Source: Promethearchaeota archaeon (GTDB lineage: Archaea > Asgardarchaeota > Lokiarchaeia > Sigyniarchaeales > SOKP01). From it: DNA of 64,000 nucleotides. Of this stretch, positions 20,552 to 31,048 are shown piece by piece. The notes under the pieces were generated by a model. The model was not told the DNA's origin. It saw nothing but the letters and a program-made list of their open reading frames with translations, and ran no database searches. Positions within the stretch are counted from its first letter, which is position 1. Each line of letters starts with the position of its first letter. The DNA lies in NCBI GenBank assembly GCA_019057795.1, contig JAHLWS010000078.1, positions 128,001 to 192,000 on the forward strand, written 5' to 3'. A program made the translations under genes and the position numbers.

Positions 20552-20845
20552 TTGATTTCTTTAAAATTTAGATTTGAACCTCCTTTTAACGAAATTACTA
20601 AGGGTACAAACCAAATTATTAATTTTGAGAATGAATTAACAATTAAAGAATTATTAGAATTTTTTAAAGAACATTTTGGCGAAAAATTCTACGAACTACT
20701 CTGGGATAAAAAAAAAAGGGACGAGTTTAGTTCCTTTCTTTCAATAATCATAAATGGTAGAAGTTATAGGGACGAAAATTTCTTAAAAACAGTTTTAAAA
20801 GATGGAGATGATATCTCTTTTTTGTATCTCTATTTTGGTGGATAA
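20552..20845 (+). CDS. MoaD/ThiS/SAMP ubiquitin-like protein
   Basis: IIING...LKDGDDISFL, C-terminal GG. Confidence 0.85.
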   Translation: MISLKFRFEPPFNEITKGTNQIINFENELTIKELLEFFKEHFGEKFYELLWDKKKRDEFSSFLSIIINGRSYRDENFLKTVLKDGDDISFLYLYFGG

Positions 20846-20860
20846 ACTTATAAAGACTAG

Positions 20861-21892
20861 CTATAGTAATAAGATTATCCACATACCTAACCCTGTCAAT
20901 ATAGGATTTAAGATATTATCGGATATATGCTCTATAGAGAAGTCTACTAATAAAAACAAAATTACTGATACTAAAGCCATTATTAAGATTTTTATATAAC
21001 TTATAGGCATCCAGAAGTGGTATAAATTCATAACTATAAAGACAATTAAAAACGTAGTAATGCCTCCAGCGATAAAGCCTTCTATTGTTTTATTAGAATT
21101 TTTTTTAAGCCTGTGCGTCCCATATTTTTTACCAATTAAACATGCTACCGCGTCAGCTCCCGTAGTAATTAACGCAACAGATGCTAAAATAGGAAATGGT
21201 GCAAAAACGAAGGGTATTAAAGATAAAACTAAAGGAGTTGATGCTATAAAAGTATCAAGTTCGCTTGGCCTCATTGCTAACAGCCAACGCTTACCCCACT
21301 TAGGCAAAATATAAAATTTATTTAATCGAGATAAATCAGCAATTTGGAACATAATTACGAACCCCAAACCAAACGTGATTATTAACCAATAAGAAAAACT
21401 ATATTGGTCTAAATTTAATTGACTTAAAATGCCTAAATTATCAAGAATGGTTCCTAACGACCAAAAAAAAAAAATTATAAATGTTGTTAATAAATGTAAA
21501 AATTTTCTTCCAAATTCACTTTTAAAGTCATCAACCCACTTATCATTCACTTCTTTGCAATAAATACTATAATCTCTCTCTGCCATAATTTCAGGGTTTC
21601 TTTTTGAAATAATTGCATTATAAATCAAAAAAGCGCTCCAAATTCCCATTTCAATTAAAAAAAATGTAGATGTAAAAAACCACAAAAAGTTCAACGTGTT
21701 ATTTGCTAATTGAGGGGAATGAAATTGAATCATAAACGGAAATAGAATTCCCGCCATTAACAGCAGTAGAACTATTAATAGTTCGTTAAAAAACAAATGC
21801 TTTTGTATCTTCTCTCTTCTGTTCTTAAATACATAGATGAAAGTTATAATTGAATAACCAATAAAAATCAAAGAGGATGGTAAATAATACAT
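20861..21892 (-). CDS. CTP-dependent polyprenol/diacylglycerol kinase family membrane protein
   Basis: RKFLH, DAVACLIGKKYG, KTIEG, SDNILNP. Confidence 0.8.
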   Translation of the reverse strand: MYYLPSSLIFIGYSIITFIYVFKNRREKIQKHLFFNELLIVLLLLMAGILFPFMIQFHSPQLANNTLNFLWFFTSTFFLIEMGIWSAFLIYNAIISKRNPEIMAERDYSIYCKEVNDKWVDDFKSEFGRKFLHLLTTFIIFFFWSLGTILDNLGILSQLNLDQYSFSYWLIITFGLGFVIMFQIADLSRLNKFYILPKWGKRWLLAMRPSELDTFIASTPLVLSLIPFVFAPFPILASVALITTGADAVACLIGKKYGTHRLKKNSNKTIEGFIAGGITTFLIVFIVMNLYHFWMPISYIKILIMALVSVILFLLVDFSIEHISDNILNPILTGLGMWIILLL

Positions 21893-21984
21893 TTTTAATC
21901 ATTAAAGTCGAATAATTTAAATATTTTTACTTATTGTGTAAATTGATTAATCAGAAACCTTCCCGAAACTTCTTTTCAAGATCT

Positions 21985-23091
21985 TCAAATCCAATTCAAA
22001 ATAATTGTATAATAATCGAAATTAAAAAAAAACCTAATAAACAAATAGATAAGGCTACTTCCAATAGGGATCAATAAATTATCGGATATATCAATTGGCT
22101 TATTAGTGAAAATATCAAAAAGTAAGAATGCAAAGGTAAAAATAACCGCCCAAGGAATACCAATAAAAAAGAAGCATATTATAAAACAGGCAATAATTCC
22201 TGCTATTGAGCCTTCCCAAGATTTTTCTTTATTCCATCTAATTTTATTTTTCCCAAATCTTATACCGATTTGACTCGTTGCTAAATCCGCTATAGAACTT
22301 ATTCCTAAAATCGTTAAAAAAACCATAGGTGGAGTAATTAAGGCAGCAACCATCTGTCCTATTGCAAAATAGAGATAAGTACCATAACCCTTTTTCTCTT
22401 CTTCACTGAGTAAAATATTGCTGAGAAAGTTAAAGGGAAAAGCAAAGAATCTAACTTTTCGAGTTAGTTCGTTTGCTAATATGATAAAGCAAAAACCATA
22501 GAAAAAGAAAAATATAAGATAATAAAACCAACCTAAAGAAAATAAAACCTCACTAATACTATTTGGCTCAAATAATATTTGTATGAACAAACTAAACATA
22601 TTATTATCATCCGGAATCATCCCACTAATCGAACCAGAAAGGTTCATTACAAAACCAACGCCTAAATACCATACCACAAACAAACCTACAAAAATTAAAA
22701 CATGAGGGATTTTTCTGTATGTATCTCCCCTAAGTTTACTTCTATTACTTGTTTTTTCCTCTAACGAATTCCAAAATTTTGATAAATCTTTGTTTTTAAA
22801 AACAAGCTTAAACAAAAATAAAATACCAGTCGATATAAAAACTATCGCACCAATTATAAGCAAGGGGAGCCCTAACGCAAGAGAGAAAATTGGTAATGTG
22901 TCAGAATAAAGCGTTGTGTCTTGAAGCATTAGTAATTCTATAATTATAATAATAATAAAAGTCAAAAACAAGGCGCCAAACCCAAAAAAATTGTTAAAAA
23001 CTTCCTTTTTATACGAAAAATGTATGTAACTAAATAATATGATGATGTAAGAACATAAGTTTAATAGAAACCAAAATAAAAATTCTACCAT
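21985..23091 (-). CDS. CTP-dependent polyprenol/diacylglycerol kinase family membrane protein
   Basis: RKIPH, DLATSQIGIRFG, KSWEGS, SDNLLIP. Confidence 0.8.
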   Translation of the reverse strand: MVEFLFWFLLNLCSYIIILFSYIHFSYKKEVFNNFFGFGALFLTFIIIIIIELLMLQDTTLYSDTLPIFSLALGLPLLIIGAIVFISTGILFLFKLVFKNKDLSKFWNSLEEKTSNRSKLRGDTYRKIPHVLIFVGLFVVWYLGVGFVMNLSGSISGMIPDDNNMFSLFIQILFEPNSISEVLFSLGWFYYLIFFFFYGFCFIILANELTRKVRFFAFPFNFLSNILLSEEEKKGYGTYLYFAIGQMVAALITPPMVFLTILGISSIADLATSQIGIRFGKNKIRWNKEKSWEGSIAGIIACFIICFFFIGIPWAVIFTFAFLLFDIFTNKPIDISDNLLIPIGSSLIYLFIRFFFNFDYYTIILNWI

Positions 23092-23175
23092 ATTTAGTTC
23101 AAATTTAATTAATTAATTCCTAATATTAAATATAGGGGTTTTATTCTTTAATTAAGGTTATTTACATCAGTAAAA

Positions 23176-23778
23176 ATGAAAAAAATTATACTCGCATCAA
23201 AGTCTATCGATCGAAAAAAAACATTCAACCGTTTAAACATTCCGTTTGAAACTATAATTACGGATATAGACGAAGGATATTACAAAGGAATATTTTCAAA
23301 TCCAGTTGAATTAGTTAAAGAAATAGCTAAAGCCAAGGCGTTAAAAGCTAAAGATTTGTTAAAAAATAAAAATATGGAAGCGATAATAATTGCTGCTGAT
23401 ACAATTGTGGAATTTAAAGGTAAAATCATAGGAAAAGCGAAAAATAAAGCTCAAGCATTTCAAATATTGAAATCCTTAATTAATCGCTCTCATAACCTAA
23501 TTACAGGCGTGGCAATAACGGAGTTAAACGACCCAAAAGTCGTGGTTGATTACGATTGTACTATTGTTACTTTTTTAGATATTTCTGATAATGAAATTCG
23601 GAATTACCTTAATACCGAGGAATGGAAAGGTAGAGCGGGCGCATATTCAATTAGAGATAGAGCAAGTTTATTTATCAAGGAAATTCGAGGATCCCCCTCA
23701 AATGTTATTGGTTTACCAATGCAAAAAATATTTGAAATTTTAAAAAAAGATTTTGGCTTGAATTTATTTGATACTTAG
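23176..23778 (+). CDS. maf: Maf nucleotide pyrophosphatase
   Basis: IILASKS, ADTIV, GRAGAY, NVIGLP. Confidence 0.9.
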   Translation: MKKIILASKSIDRKKTFNRLNIPFETIITDIDEGYYKGIFSNPVELVKEIAKAKALKAKDLLKNKNMEAIIIAADTIVEFKGKIIGKAKNKAQAFQILKSLINRSHNLITGVAITELNDPKVVVDYDCTIVTFLDISDNEIRNYLNTEEWKGRAGAYSIRDRASLFIKEIRGSPSNVIGLPMQKIFEILKKDFGLNLFDT

Positions 23779-23815
23779 TTAAATTCGGGATAGATATAAT
23801 AAAAAGATATATTTC

Positions 23816-23986
23816 TTAATTTTCTGAAATTTCTTTCCACATTTTTAAATTTTCATAGAATTTTAACATTCTCTTAAGTCTACTAATCATTTCTTCATAG
23901 TAATCAAGATCAGCGTACTGATTTTTAACCAATTTATTGGCTAAAGCTAAATTGTTTTTATATTGTAGTATTTTATCCTCAATCAC
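23816..23986 (-). CDS. Small hypothetical protein, 56 aa (below the ORF track cut-off)
   Basis: GTG start after aggt; MIEDKILQYKNNLALANKLVKNQYADLDYYEEMISRLKRMLKFYENLKMWKEISEN. Confidence 0.5.
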   Translation of the reverse strand: MIEDKILQYKNNLALANKLVKNQYADLDYYEEMISRLKRMLKFYENLKMWKEISEN

Positions 23987-24189
23987 ATACCTTTTTCGAA
24001 TGGCTTTTTATTTAAAATAAAAAAATATCTGTATATTATCACGGTAGTTTTGAATCTAAAAAAATAATGAATAAATATCAAAAATCTACCTTAAATTAAC
24101 ATAATTGATATTTCTGAAATGAAAATATTAAATGCTTTTATAGATTAATTTCTTTATAAAAAAATTACTACTTTAAAAAATGATGTAAA

Positions 24190-24534
24190 ATGACTAAACA
24201 CTACAAAAATGAACAAATAATGAAAATTTTAACGGTACTAGGAGCAATAGTAGGACTGGTATATATTATTAATGGTTTTGCTGGCTTAGCTGGAATGAGT
24301 TTTTTACCCATCATAGTCGACATTCAGCTTCTAGATAGAATAATCAGTTTAATTATTGGACTCGTAATTGTTATTTTAACATTTCTAGTAGCTTTAAAAC
24401 CAAATCAACCACTTCCGTTTCATTGGCTTGTATTAATAATCCTTGCGATATTGCTGGTGCTTTTTAGTGCGGGAATTTGGGCTTGTGTACTTGTAATAAT
24501 CGCGGCACTAATTGGTTTAATTGAAGAATTATAA
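24190..24534 (+). CDS. Small membrane protein
   Basis: Four hydrophobic helices. Confidence 0.7.
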   Translation: MTKHYKNEQIMKILTVLGAIVGLVYIINGFAGLAGMSFLPIIVDIQLLDRIISLIIGLVIVILTFLVALKPNQPLPFHWLVLIILAILLVLFSAGIWACVLVIIAALIGLIEEL

Positions 24535-24581
24535 TTTTTTATTTTTTAAAATCAATTTTTTTTTGATTTACTACATGTAGG

Positions 24582-25451
24582 CTAGATACATGCATTTTTT
24601 AGGAAATACGATACGATTTCTTCTGCAAGGTTGATATCCGTTACTTTTTGCAGGGCGGTGAACCCTGGAATTGAATTTACTTCCAAAATTAATAAACCCT
24701 TTTCGCTTTCAACGATATCAACACCAGCAATTTCTGTTTTTGTAATTTTTGCTGCTTTTATTGCTAGCGTTTTTAACTCTTCTGTGAGTTCTAATGGCTC
24801 CATTCTTGCGCCTGCATGAATATTAGTTTTCCAATTATCACTTACTCTATACATTCCAGCTATAGCTTTATCACCTAAAACTAAAATTCGGATATCTCGA
24901 TTGTAATGTTCGATAAATTCTTGAATATAAAATACCTGGTTTAGTTGACTTAGAGTAAATATAACATTCTCTGCAAAGCCTTTATCGTTTATTCTGGTAA
25001 TTCCAACGCCTTTCGAACCATATAACGGTTTTAGTACGATATCTCCTCCAAACGCCTCAAATGCCTCTATGGCATCGTTGGGATTTTCGCAAATAATCGT
25101 TTTTGGAGTAGGGATGTTATGCCGATCTAAATAAATTGATGTTAAAAACTTATCACTAGCTATTTCTAGTGATTCTCGAGAGTTTATTAATTTAAGACCA
25201 TATTCCTCCATAGCGTTTAGTAGATCAAGCCTAAAAAAGATCTTTTGAGTAGCAGCAGCTCCAAAACCTCTTACAAGAGCGCCATATGGATCGAGCTTTT
25301 CAAATTGTTCTTGAAATTGCTTATTGTCTATTTTAACTTTTACTTTTGATGGAACGAAATATTTAACCTTATATCCTCTTTTTTCAAATTCTTTAGATAA
25401 AATTTGAACTTCAGGATCTTCCGGCTTTGGAGTAATTATCATGGAATACAC
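24582..25451 (-). CDS. RimK-family ATP-grasp ligase (MptN/CofF-like)
   Basis: VLKPLYGSKG, YIQEFI, DIRILV, WKTNI, LEVNSIPG. Confidence 0.9.
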   Translation of the reverse strand: MYSMIITPKPEDPEVQILSKEFEKRGYKVKYFVPSKVKVKIDNKQFQEQFEKLDPYGALVRGFGAAATQKIFFRLDLLNAMEEYGLKLINSRESLEIASDKFLTSIYLDRHNIPTPKTIICENPNDAIEAFEAFGGDIVLKPLYGSKGVGITRINDKGFAENVIFTLSQLNQVFYIQEFIEHYNRDIRILVLGDKAIAGMYRVSDNWKTNIHAGARMEPLELTEELKTLAIKAAKITKTEIAGVDIVESEKGLLILEVNSIPGFTALQKVTDINLAEEIVSYFLKNACI

Positions 25452-25525
25452 ATTTTATTACCTCTTAAAAAATTACTTAAATCAACTGACACTAAATAAA
25501 TAAATTTAAGTTCTTATATATATAT

Positions 25526-26128
25526 ATGAAGTCAATGGATTCGAAAGACGCAGAAAACGAAACGGAAAAATTAACAAAAGTACTTTCTATTGTTCAAAAT
25601 CTTTACTATAAGAAGAAGGAACAATTAGACGATTTAAAATTAGAAATCTCTGAATTACACATCGTTTTAGATTATTTAAACTCATTGATTTCAAAGCAAT
25701 CGTTTTCAAGTGCAGATGAAATTTATTCGAAGCTTTTAAATCGTGAAGAGAAAACGATTGATGATTATTTTAAAAAAGATATTTCACAGGAAGATTTTAA
25801 TGGAACTAACATTAAAAGAAAAATTTTCTCGAGCAAAAATCAGAATGAAGAAGATTTATTATGTGTGCTTAACCTCTACGACTTTAAAAGAGTTGAGATA
25901 AAATTTATTGATCCTGAAAAAAGGGAGATACAAGAAACTTCAGAGAATTTTATTAACATTTTTCTCAAGGGGGCACTTATTAAAATAAAAGAAAATAACC
26001 CTAATTTGAGCATTAATTACAATTTTTTCAAAAATTCCGATAAAGTTGAATATATTCACATATCTAATTTAAGTTCAATTGAAGACTATGATTTGATAAC
26101 GGACAAAATCCGCGAATTATTATATTAA
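25526..26128 (+). CDS. Hypothetical protein (target of cassette 1; C-terminus probably cassette-supplied)
   Basis: C-terminus VEYIHISNLSSIEDYDLITDKIRELL is repeated at 29325-29417. Confidence 0.7.
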   Translation: MKSMDSKDAENETEKLTKVLSIVQNLYYKKKEQLDDLKLEISELHIVLDYLNSLISKQSFSSADEIYSKLLNREEKTIDDYFKKDISQEDFNGTNIKRKIFSSKNQNEEDLLCVLNLYDFKRVEIKFIDPEKREIQETSENFINIFLKGALIKIKENNPNLSINYNFFKNSDKVEYIHISNLSSIEDYDLITDKIRELLY

Positions 26129-26171
26129 GATATTATATTGATTAATTAAAATACAAAGAATTAATTATACA
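26127..26171. repeat. Dispersed repeat AAGATATTATATTGATTAATTAAAATACAAAGAATTAATTAT (further copies at 29469-29510 and, partial, 29520-29554)
   Basis: Near-identical copies on both sides of cassette 1; contains inverted repeat ATTAATT-N11-AATTAAT. Confidence 0.85.
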
Positions 26172-26254
26172 AATTTTCATCATTGAATCTTTTTTTTTTG
26201 TTCTTTATAAATAACTGTGATAATTGTCTAGTAAATAATTTAAAACAATAAATT

Positions 26255-26869
26255 ATGACGGACAATATTGAAGAACATTATATTGAATCAGAATATGAAG
26301 AAATTTTTAATGATTGGTATGAAATTGAGGGCGCAAGAAAAATAAAAGAACTTTCACGCCAACTCCGAACTTTTTTCAATTACAAGACAGAATTAATAAG
26401 ATATCGATTTCGATCCAGTCCAAATCTTGCCGAAAATTATACAAATAATAAATTTTTTGCTCAAAAACAAAAGATTGAATCATTATCTGATGAATTTATA
26501 ACCCTTTTAAAAAAAATTAAGAAACATAGACAATCCCTTGAACAAGTAATTCGTTCTCTATTTTTTAATAATAATAAAACAGTATTAAACAAACTTTCAG
26601 AAATCACAGAGAAGTTGTCCATTCTACTCCACTATTTCTCAGAGGAATGCATTCATGATCATCCAAGATTCCTCAAATTCATCGTTGTATTAGCACAAAA
26701 CATTTGTTTGGTGAAAATGTGCTTGTATGCTGAATTCAGCGAATTTTATGGGGAACTTGAAGTTAACTACAATGGTTTAAATGGAGAAATGGAGATAATA
26801 TTAGAAGAAACGCTAGGAGATAAAATTAAAAAAACAAAAAATCAACTTGAGGAGAGATTGAGGATATGA
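26255..26869 (+). CDS. Cassette ORF-A, conserved helical protein of unknown function (copy 1)
   Basis: YEEIFNDWYEIEG.RKIKELSRQLRTFFNY shared by three copies; ATGA overlap with ORF-B. Confidence 0.85.
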   Translation: MTDNIEEHYIESEYEEIFNDWYEIEGARKIKELSRQLRTFFNYKTELIRYRFRSSPNLAENYTNNKFFAQKQKIESLSDEFITLLKKIKKHRQSLEQVIRSLFFNNNKTVLNKLSEITEKLSILLHYFSEECIHDHPRFLKFIVVLAQNICLVKMCLYAEFSEFYGELEVNYNGLNGEMEIILEETLGDKIKKTKNQLEERLRI

Positions 26870-29283
26870 AGGCATACACAAATGTATCACGGAAAACAGT
26901 GGAAGAGGATCGAGTAGCAGTCTGCCCAAATTTTGGGTGTGAGTTTATGACACGAGTTAAACCACTTAAGTTAAAGTTCTTAGGTTTTAGTAAGCATCCT
27001 AAATGCAAGAAACATCACATCCCTTTAGTTTACATAGATGAAAGGATCGGGGATTTCGTGGATGCTGCATTAGTATGCTTGTTTGATAAAGCAGGACTCC
27101 CACCACGTGAATTACTCGAGGGAGTAAAATCAAAATTCCCCAATGAAATTACCTCGTTTATAGAAGGATGGGTGTATAGCATCACGGTTGGAAGGGGAGC
27201 TCCCATTGTATCACGTTACATGGATGCCGTTTCGAATGCATATCTCAAGCAATTAACCAAAAAACAGATAAAATCATTGAAAAAAGGAAATAATTCAAAA
27301 CCAAATCTCGTGAAAAAAGCAATTAAGGATGGTCTGGATGAAATTGCACTTCAATATACAAGACTACTTAAGCATCTTAGAGCCCATTCCGAGATCCTCA
27401 TTGATCATCAAAGACTTAAATCACTTTCAAGAAGTCTCCAAAATTATTTGAATGATTGGCATAAGGATATTTTAAAGTATAATGAAATCATAATTTTCTC
27501 AGAAAATAAGCAAGAAATGACTTTAAAAGATATCAAGTGCAAATATGATCAAATTCTTAATGTTGGCACCTGTCGATGCCTTCTTGGATTAAATCCAGAA
27601 AGTAAAAAAATTAAGAAAACAAAATTAACTGCGTTTGATCGGTTTTCCGCTTATATAGAATTTTTTTCTGAAAGTATTACTGAAAAATTTACTAAGTCCG
27701 ATATTAAAGGACTTAACTCAGATATTAATCCAATTAAAAAGTCAATAAAAAAAATGAAATCGTACGATAATTTTGAAAGTGGTAATAGTCAAAAGATTAA
27801 GGAATATTTAAAAAATCTTGATTGGGAGAATTTAACTAACAATTGGACATTATTACATAGAGAACATCATACACATCCTTACAAGGAAATTCTGCTTGAT
27901 CCTCATAAAGATCCTTCCAATGAAAATCCTTTATGGAAACACGAAATTTGGTTGAAGCGAGTTTATGCTGATGAAAATTATAATTTTTCAGATAGTCTTA
28001 TTTCTCGAATCACTGGTATTGCTCGCGACACAGTCAGAAAATACCGTAGGAAATTTAATATTAGCAATGGCTACTACAACACGACTCAAAAACCAAAACT
28101 TAGTAAAGAATTGATTGAGAAAAGGGAGAAAATTCGCAATTTTAATTGGAACATTAATATTGATTGGATGATACCCGTCGGGATTCATGGAGATTTGTCA
28201 ATTCTTAACCCAAACAAATATTGTAGTTTTGATAATCCTTTATACAAGCATAAGCTATGGTTAAAAAGAGTCTACGAAGATGAAGAGCTTGATTTGAATG
28301 GAGTTGAGATTGCCAAAATATGCAGTCTTAAAGATCAGAAACCTATTAGTTATTGGAGAAAAAGATTAGGGATACCTAAAAAAAGAAAAGGTATTTTTCT
28401 AAATAAGTCAGGACATAAGTTGGTTCTCACTCCAAATTCCTATATACACCCTCAGCGTGGTAGACTCTATCAACGTGCTGAACATACACTAATCATGGAA
28501 AGATATTTAAATAAAAATCTATCAAGACGCCAATTAGCAACACATCCGGATTTGATTCAGGGATGGTTAGGAGAAGAGGAGTATTTTTATATAAAAAAAG
28601 ATTGTCATGTTCACCATATCAATTTTGTAGGTTTAGATAATAGAATCGAGAATCTTTGGTTATTTTCAAGTAATCGCGCACATGGATTAGTGGTTAATGA
28701 GCTACATCAATGCCTTTCAATTTTGATTAAGTTACATCAAATATTTTTTAAAGAGGGCATGTATTTTCTAAATGAAGATTTTGATTGTCTTCAGTTAGAA
28801 AGAGATGATATTCGGAGTAAGTTAAATCTTAATATTGTAATAAACCACTCTCTCTCTCGATTTTATGATAAGCGAAGAAATTCTTTTAGTGTAGCGATGT
28901 CTGCCTCCTATAACAATCCCTTTATTTCTCCAAAAAAAGGAATTGATTATGTTTATATGTATGAACATAGATATATCATCGAGCAATATTTTAGGACGCT
29001 TTTAAGAAAAGAGACTATATTACTAGAGGAGCACATTGATTATCAAAAAGCTCAAGAATTCATAAATCCACAAGGGTTTTTAAAACCCGATGCTATCGTG
29101 CACCATGTAAATTTCGATTCTCGAGATAATCGGTTATTAAATTTATATGTGTGTGAAATTTCTGAACATAGGCTTGTTCATGGATTAATTTACCAATTAG
29201 TCGAAAGATTACTTGATATGGGATTGATATATTTCAGTAATGGGAAATATTTTTTGGATAACACTTTGACTAATAAAATGTGA
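26866..29283 (+). CDS. Cassette ORF-B copy 1: constant Zn-finger N-terminus, 2 HTH-like modules and 2 HNH modules
   Basis: CPNFGC...CKKH; EH...VHHINFVGLDNRIENL and EH...VHHVNFDSRDNRLLNL. Confidence 0.85.
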   Translation: MKAYTNVSRKTVEEDRVAVCPNFGCEFMTRVKPLKLKFLGFSKHPKCKKHHIPLVYIDERIGDFVDAALVCLFDKAGLPPRELLEGVKSKFPNEITSFIEGWVYSITVGRGAPIVSRYMDAVSNAYLKQLTKKQIKSLKKGNNSKPNLVKKAIKDGLDEIALQYTRLLKHLRAHSEILIDHQRLKSLSRSLQNYLNDWHKDILKYNEIIIFSENKQEMTLKDIKCKYDQILNVGTCRCLLGLNPESKKIKKTKLTAFDRFSAYIEFFSESITEKFTKSDIKGLNSDINPIKKSIKKMKSYDNFESGNSQKIKEYLKNLDWENLTNNWTLLHREHHTHPYKEILLDPHKDPSNENPLWKHEIWLKRVYADENYNFSDSLISRITGIARDTVRKYRRKFNISNGYYNTTQKPKLSKELIEKREKIRNFNWNINIDWMIPVGIHGDLSILNPNKYCSFDNPLYKHKLWLKRVYEDEELDLNGVEIAKICSLKDQKPISYWRKRLGIPKKRKGIFLNKSGHKLVLTPNSYIHPQRGRLYQRAEHTLIMERYLNKNLSRRQLATHPDLIQGWLGEEEYFYIKKDCHVHHINFVGLDNRIENLWLFSSNRAHGLVVNELHQCLSILIKLHQIFFKEGMYFLNEDFDCLQLERDDIRSKLNLNIVINHSLSRFYDKRRNSFSVAMSASYNNPFISPKKGIDYVYMYEHRYIIEQYFRTLLRKETILLEEHIDYQKAQEFINPQGFLKPDAIVHHVNFDSRDNRLLNLYVCEISEHRLVHGLIYQLVERLLDMGLIYFSNGKYFLDNTLTNKM

Positions 29284-29324
29284 TTTCTTATTTCTATCAT
29301 CACATTGGATTAATATTTTAATTA

Positions 29325-29417
29325 ATCGAATACAATACTATTTCTAATTTAAGCGCTATCGAAGATTACGATTTAATAACCGCATAAATACGAGAATTAT
29401 TAACTCGTGAGATGTAA
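29325..29417 (+). pseudogene. Stranded, decaying original 3' end of gene 25526-26128
   Basis: Translates IEYNTISNLSAIEDYDLITA*IRELLTREM*, with an internal stop. Confidence 0.8.
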
Positions 29418-29598
29418 TCCATCTATAAAATGCGGATTAGATAAAGTTTGAATAGTATGTATTATATAAAGATATTATATTGATTCATTAAAATACAAAG
29501 AATTAATTATTTAAATTTAATTGATTAATTAAAATACAAAGAATTAATTATACAGAGTTTTATATTATTTTTAATTAAAAATTTGGAGCGTATGAACA

Positions 29599-30414
29599 AT
29601 GGCTAAGAAGAAAAAATTTTTGATGATGCCTGTAATTCATTCAAAGTTTAACGATAAAACTCTCGAGAATATACTAATCAATAAATCGAGAACTCTCTTA
29701 ACAGAAAAGAAGGGTGCTGTCCCCTCGTTTATTTTTCTTTCTGGAAGTTTTTTTGATGTAAAAGGTTTTGTATACACGGGGCTTCGAGCATGGAAGGGTG
29801 CAGTAAAACCATCAAATAGCGATGAAGGTAGAAGGCCATTACTTGAAGCTACTTTCGCTTCTCTTTCAGTTTATCTAAGTTCATTACTTGCTCTACAAGC
29901 AGATTTTTACTTCGCTTACGAAGAGATCAAAGACATATTATTAGAAAAGAAAAGGGAAGATCTATGGACTATTGTATCAGAAAAATTACCATTTATTTCA
30001 CTCCCTCCAAAAGAAATGTATGGAAGCCAAGTTTCGCCAATATCTCCATACTTTGTAATCGAACAAGATGATGAACTCATATTAGGGGAGATATATCCAT
30101 CGGCTTATTTAACAAAAGTTATCTCTTCTATTAAGACCAGATTTTTCGTGTTTTTCCAGTATCAAGGATATTCCGCTTTTGGATTTTTCGATTCTTTACC
30201 TAAACATGCTAAGTTTGGTTTTGAGGAAAAAGCGAGAGAGTTTGAAGAAGAACCTACATCAGAAAACCTACAAAAGTATGCTAATAATGCTAAAAATTTA
30301 AAAGAAGTTCTAATCGCGCTCATCGAAGCGCATAATAATGCGTATTTAGGACAGTATTTAATTGAGGATTACGAACTCCTATTAAATAAACTACTAGAAT
30401 CGGAGGACCTATAA
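29599..30414 (+). CDS. Hypothetical protein, operonic with the small GTPase
   Basis: 271 aa; 1-nt gap to the GTPase start. Confidence 0.7.
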   Translation: MAKKKKFLMMPVIHSKFNDKTLENILINKSRTLLTEKKGAVPSFIFLSGSFFDVKGFVYTGLRAWKGAVKPSNSDEGRRPLLEATFASLSVYLSSLLALQADFYFAYEEIKDILLEKKREDLWTIVSEKLPFISLPPKEMYGSQVSPISPYFVIEQDDELILGEIYPSAYLTKVISSIKTRFFVFFQYQGYSAFGFFDSLPKHAKFGFEEKAREFEEEPTSENLQKYANNAKNLKEVLIALIEAHNNAYLGQYLIEDYELLLNKLLESEDL

Positions 30415-30415
30415 A

Positions 30416-31048
30416 ATGGTGAATATTGGGCTTTTGGGTGATATCTCTGTCGGAAAAACTAGTATTCTCCGTTTATTCGTAAGATATTTAAAAGTTGGTG
30501 ACATAGAAAAAGTTAAGGGGGGACAAAAATGTACAGTAATAAAAGCAGATTTTTCAGGAGAGGCAACAGTGCCGGGAGGAGATAAAGAAGATAAACTTAA
30601 TCAAAAAGAAACGAAAACAATCCATCCAAATAGGATTGTTTTTAGAGAAGATAAATCGGGAAAAGCACATACAATCTTCGCACCAGGAGGAGATCGGAAA
30701 CGAAGTGTAATTCGAATGGGAATTATAACGATATCCCGAATCGCAACCCAGATAATAGCGATCTTTTCGTGCGATAGAGATGTAAAAACTCAATTTGAAT
30801 TTTTCAACGATGTTCGATTTTTCCCAGATAAAATTAATCTTTGTATAAATAAAGTAGATTTACTTAAAGGCGATAAAAAGAATAAACTAGAGAAATTGGA
30901 AACAGAAATTATAGATTTTTTTAAGACAAGAAAAATACAAATAGTAGAGACCTTTATAACATGTGGTGAAAGTGTGGAAGGGTTTGAGGATGTCCAGATT
31001 TATAACGACCGCGTCGTAGAGATGATCCTAAGAATTATTACTCAATAA
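30416..31048 (+). CDS. Atypical small GTPase (C-terminal half probably cassette-supplied)
   Basis: G1 GDISVGKT, G4 NKVD; G3 position reads FAPGG. Confidence 0.8.
   Translation: MVNIGLLGDISVGKTSILRLFVRYLKVGDIEKVKGGQKCTVIKADFSGEATVPGGDKEDKLNQKETKTIHPNRIVFREDKSGKAHTIFAPGGDRKRSVIRMGIITISRIATQIIAIFSCDRDVKTQFEFFNDVRFFPDKINLCINKVDLLKGDKKNKLEKLETEIIDFFKTRKIQIVETFITCGESVEGFEDVQIYNDRVVEMILRIITQ

Larger units (their letters stand above)
26048..29324 (+). mobile_element. Two-gene nuclease cassette 1 (replacement 3' end, ORF-A, ORF-B with HNH); boundaries approximate
   Basis: Flanked by diverged duplicate gene end; ORF pair is homologous to the pairs at 45576 and 59548. Confidence 0.8.

Noticed and set aside
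26255-29283. IS element, transposon or provirus
   Set aside because: No DDE, tyrosine/serine recombinase or HUH motifs recognised; no terminal inverted repeats, exact target-site duplications or virion genes
29469-29554. CRISPR array
   Set aside because: Only two unequal AT-rich copies with no proper spacers, and no cas genes
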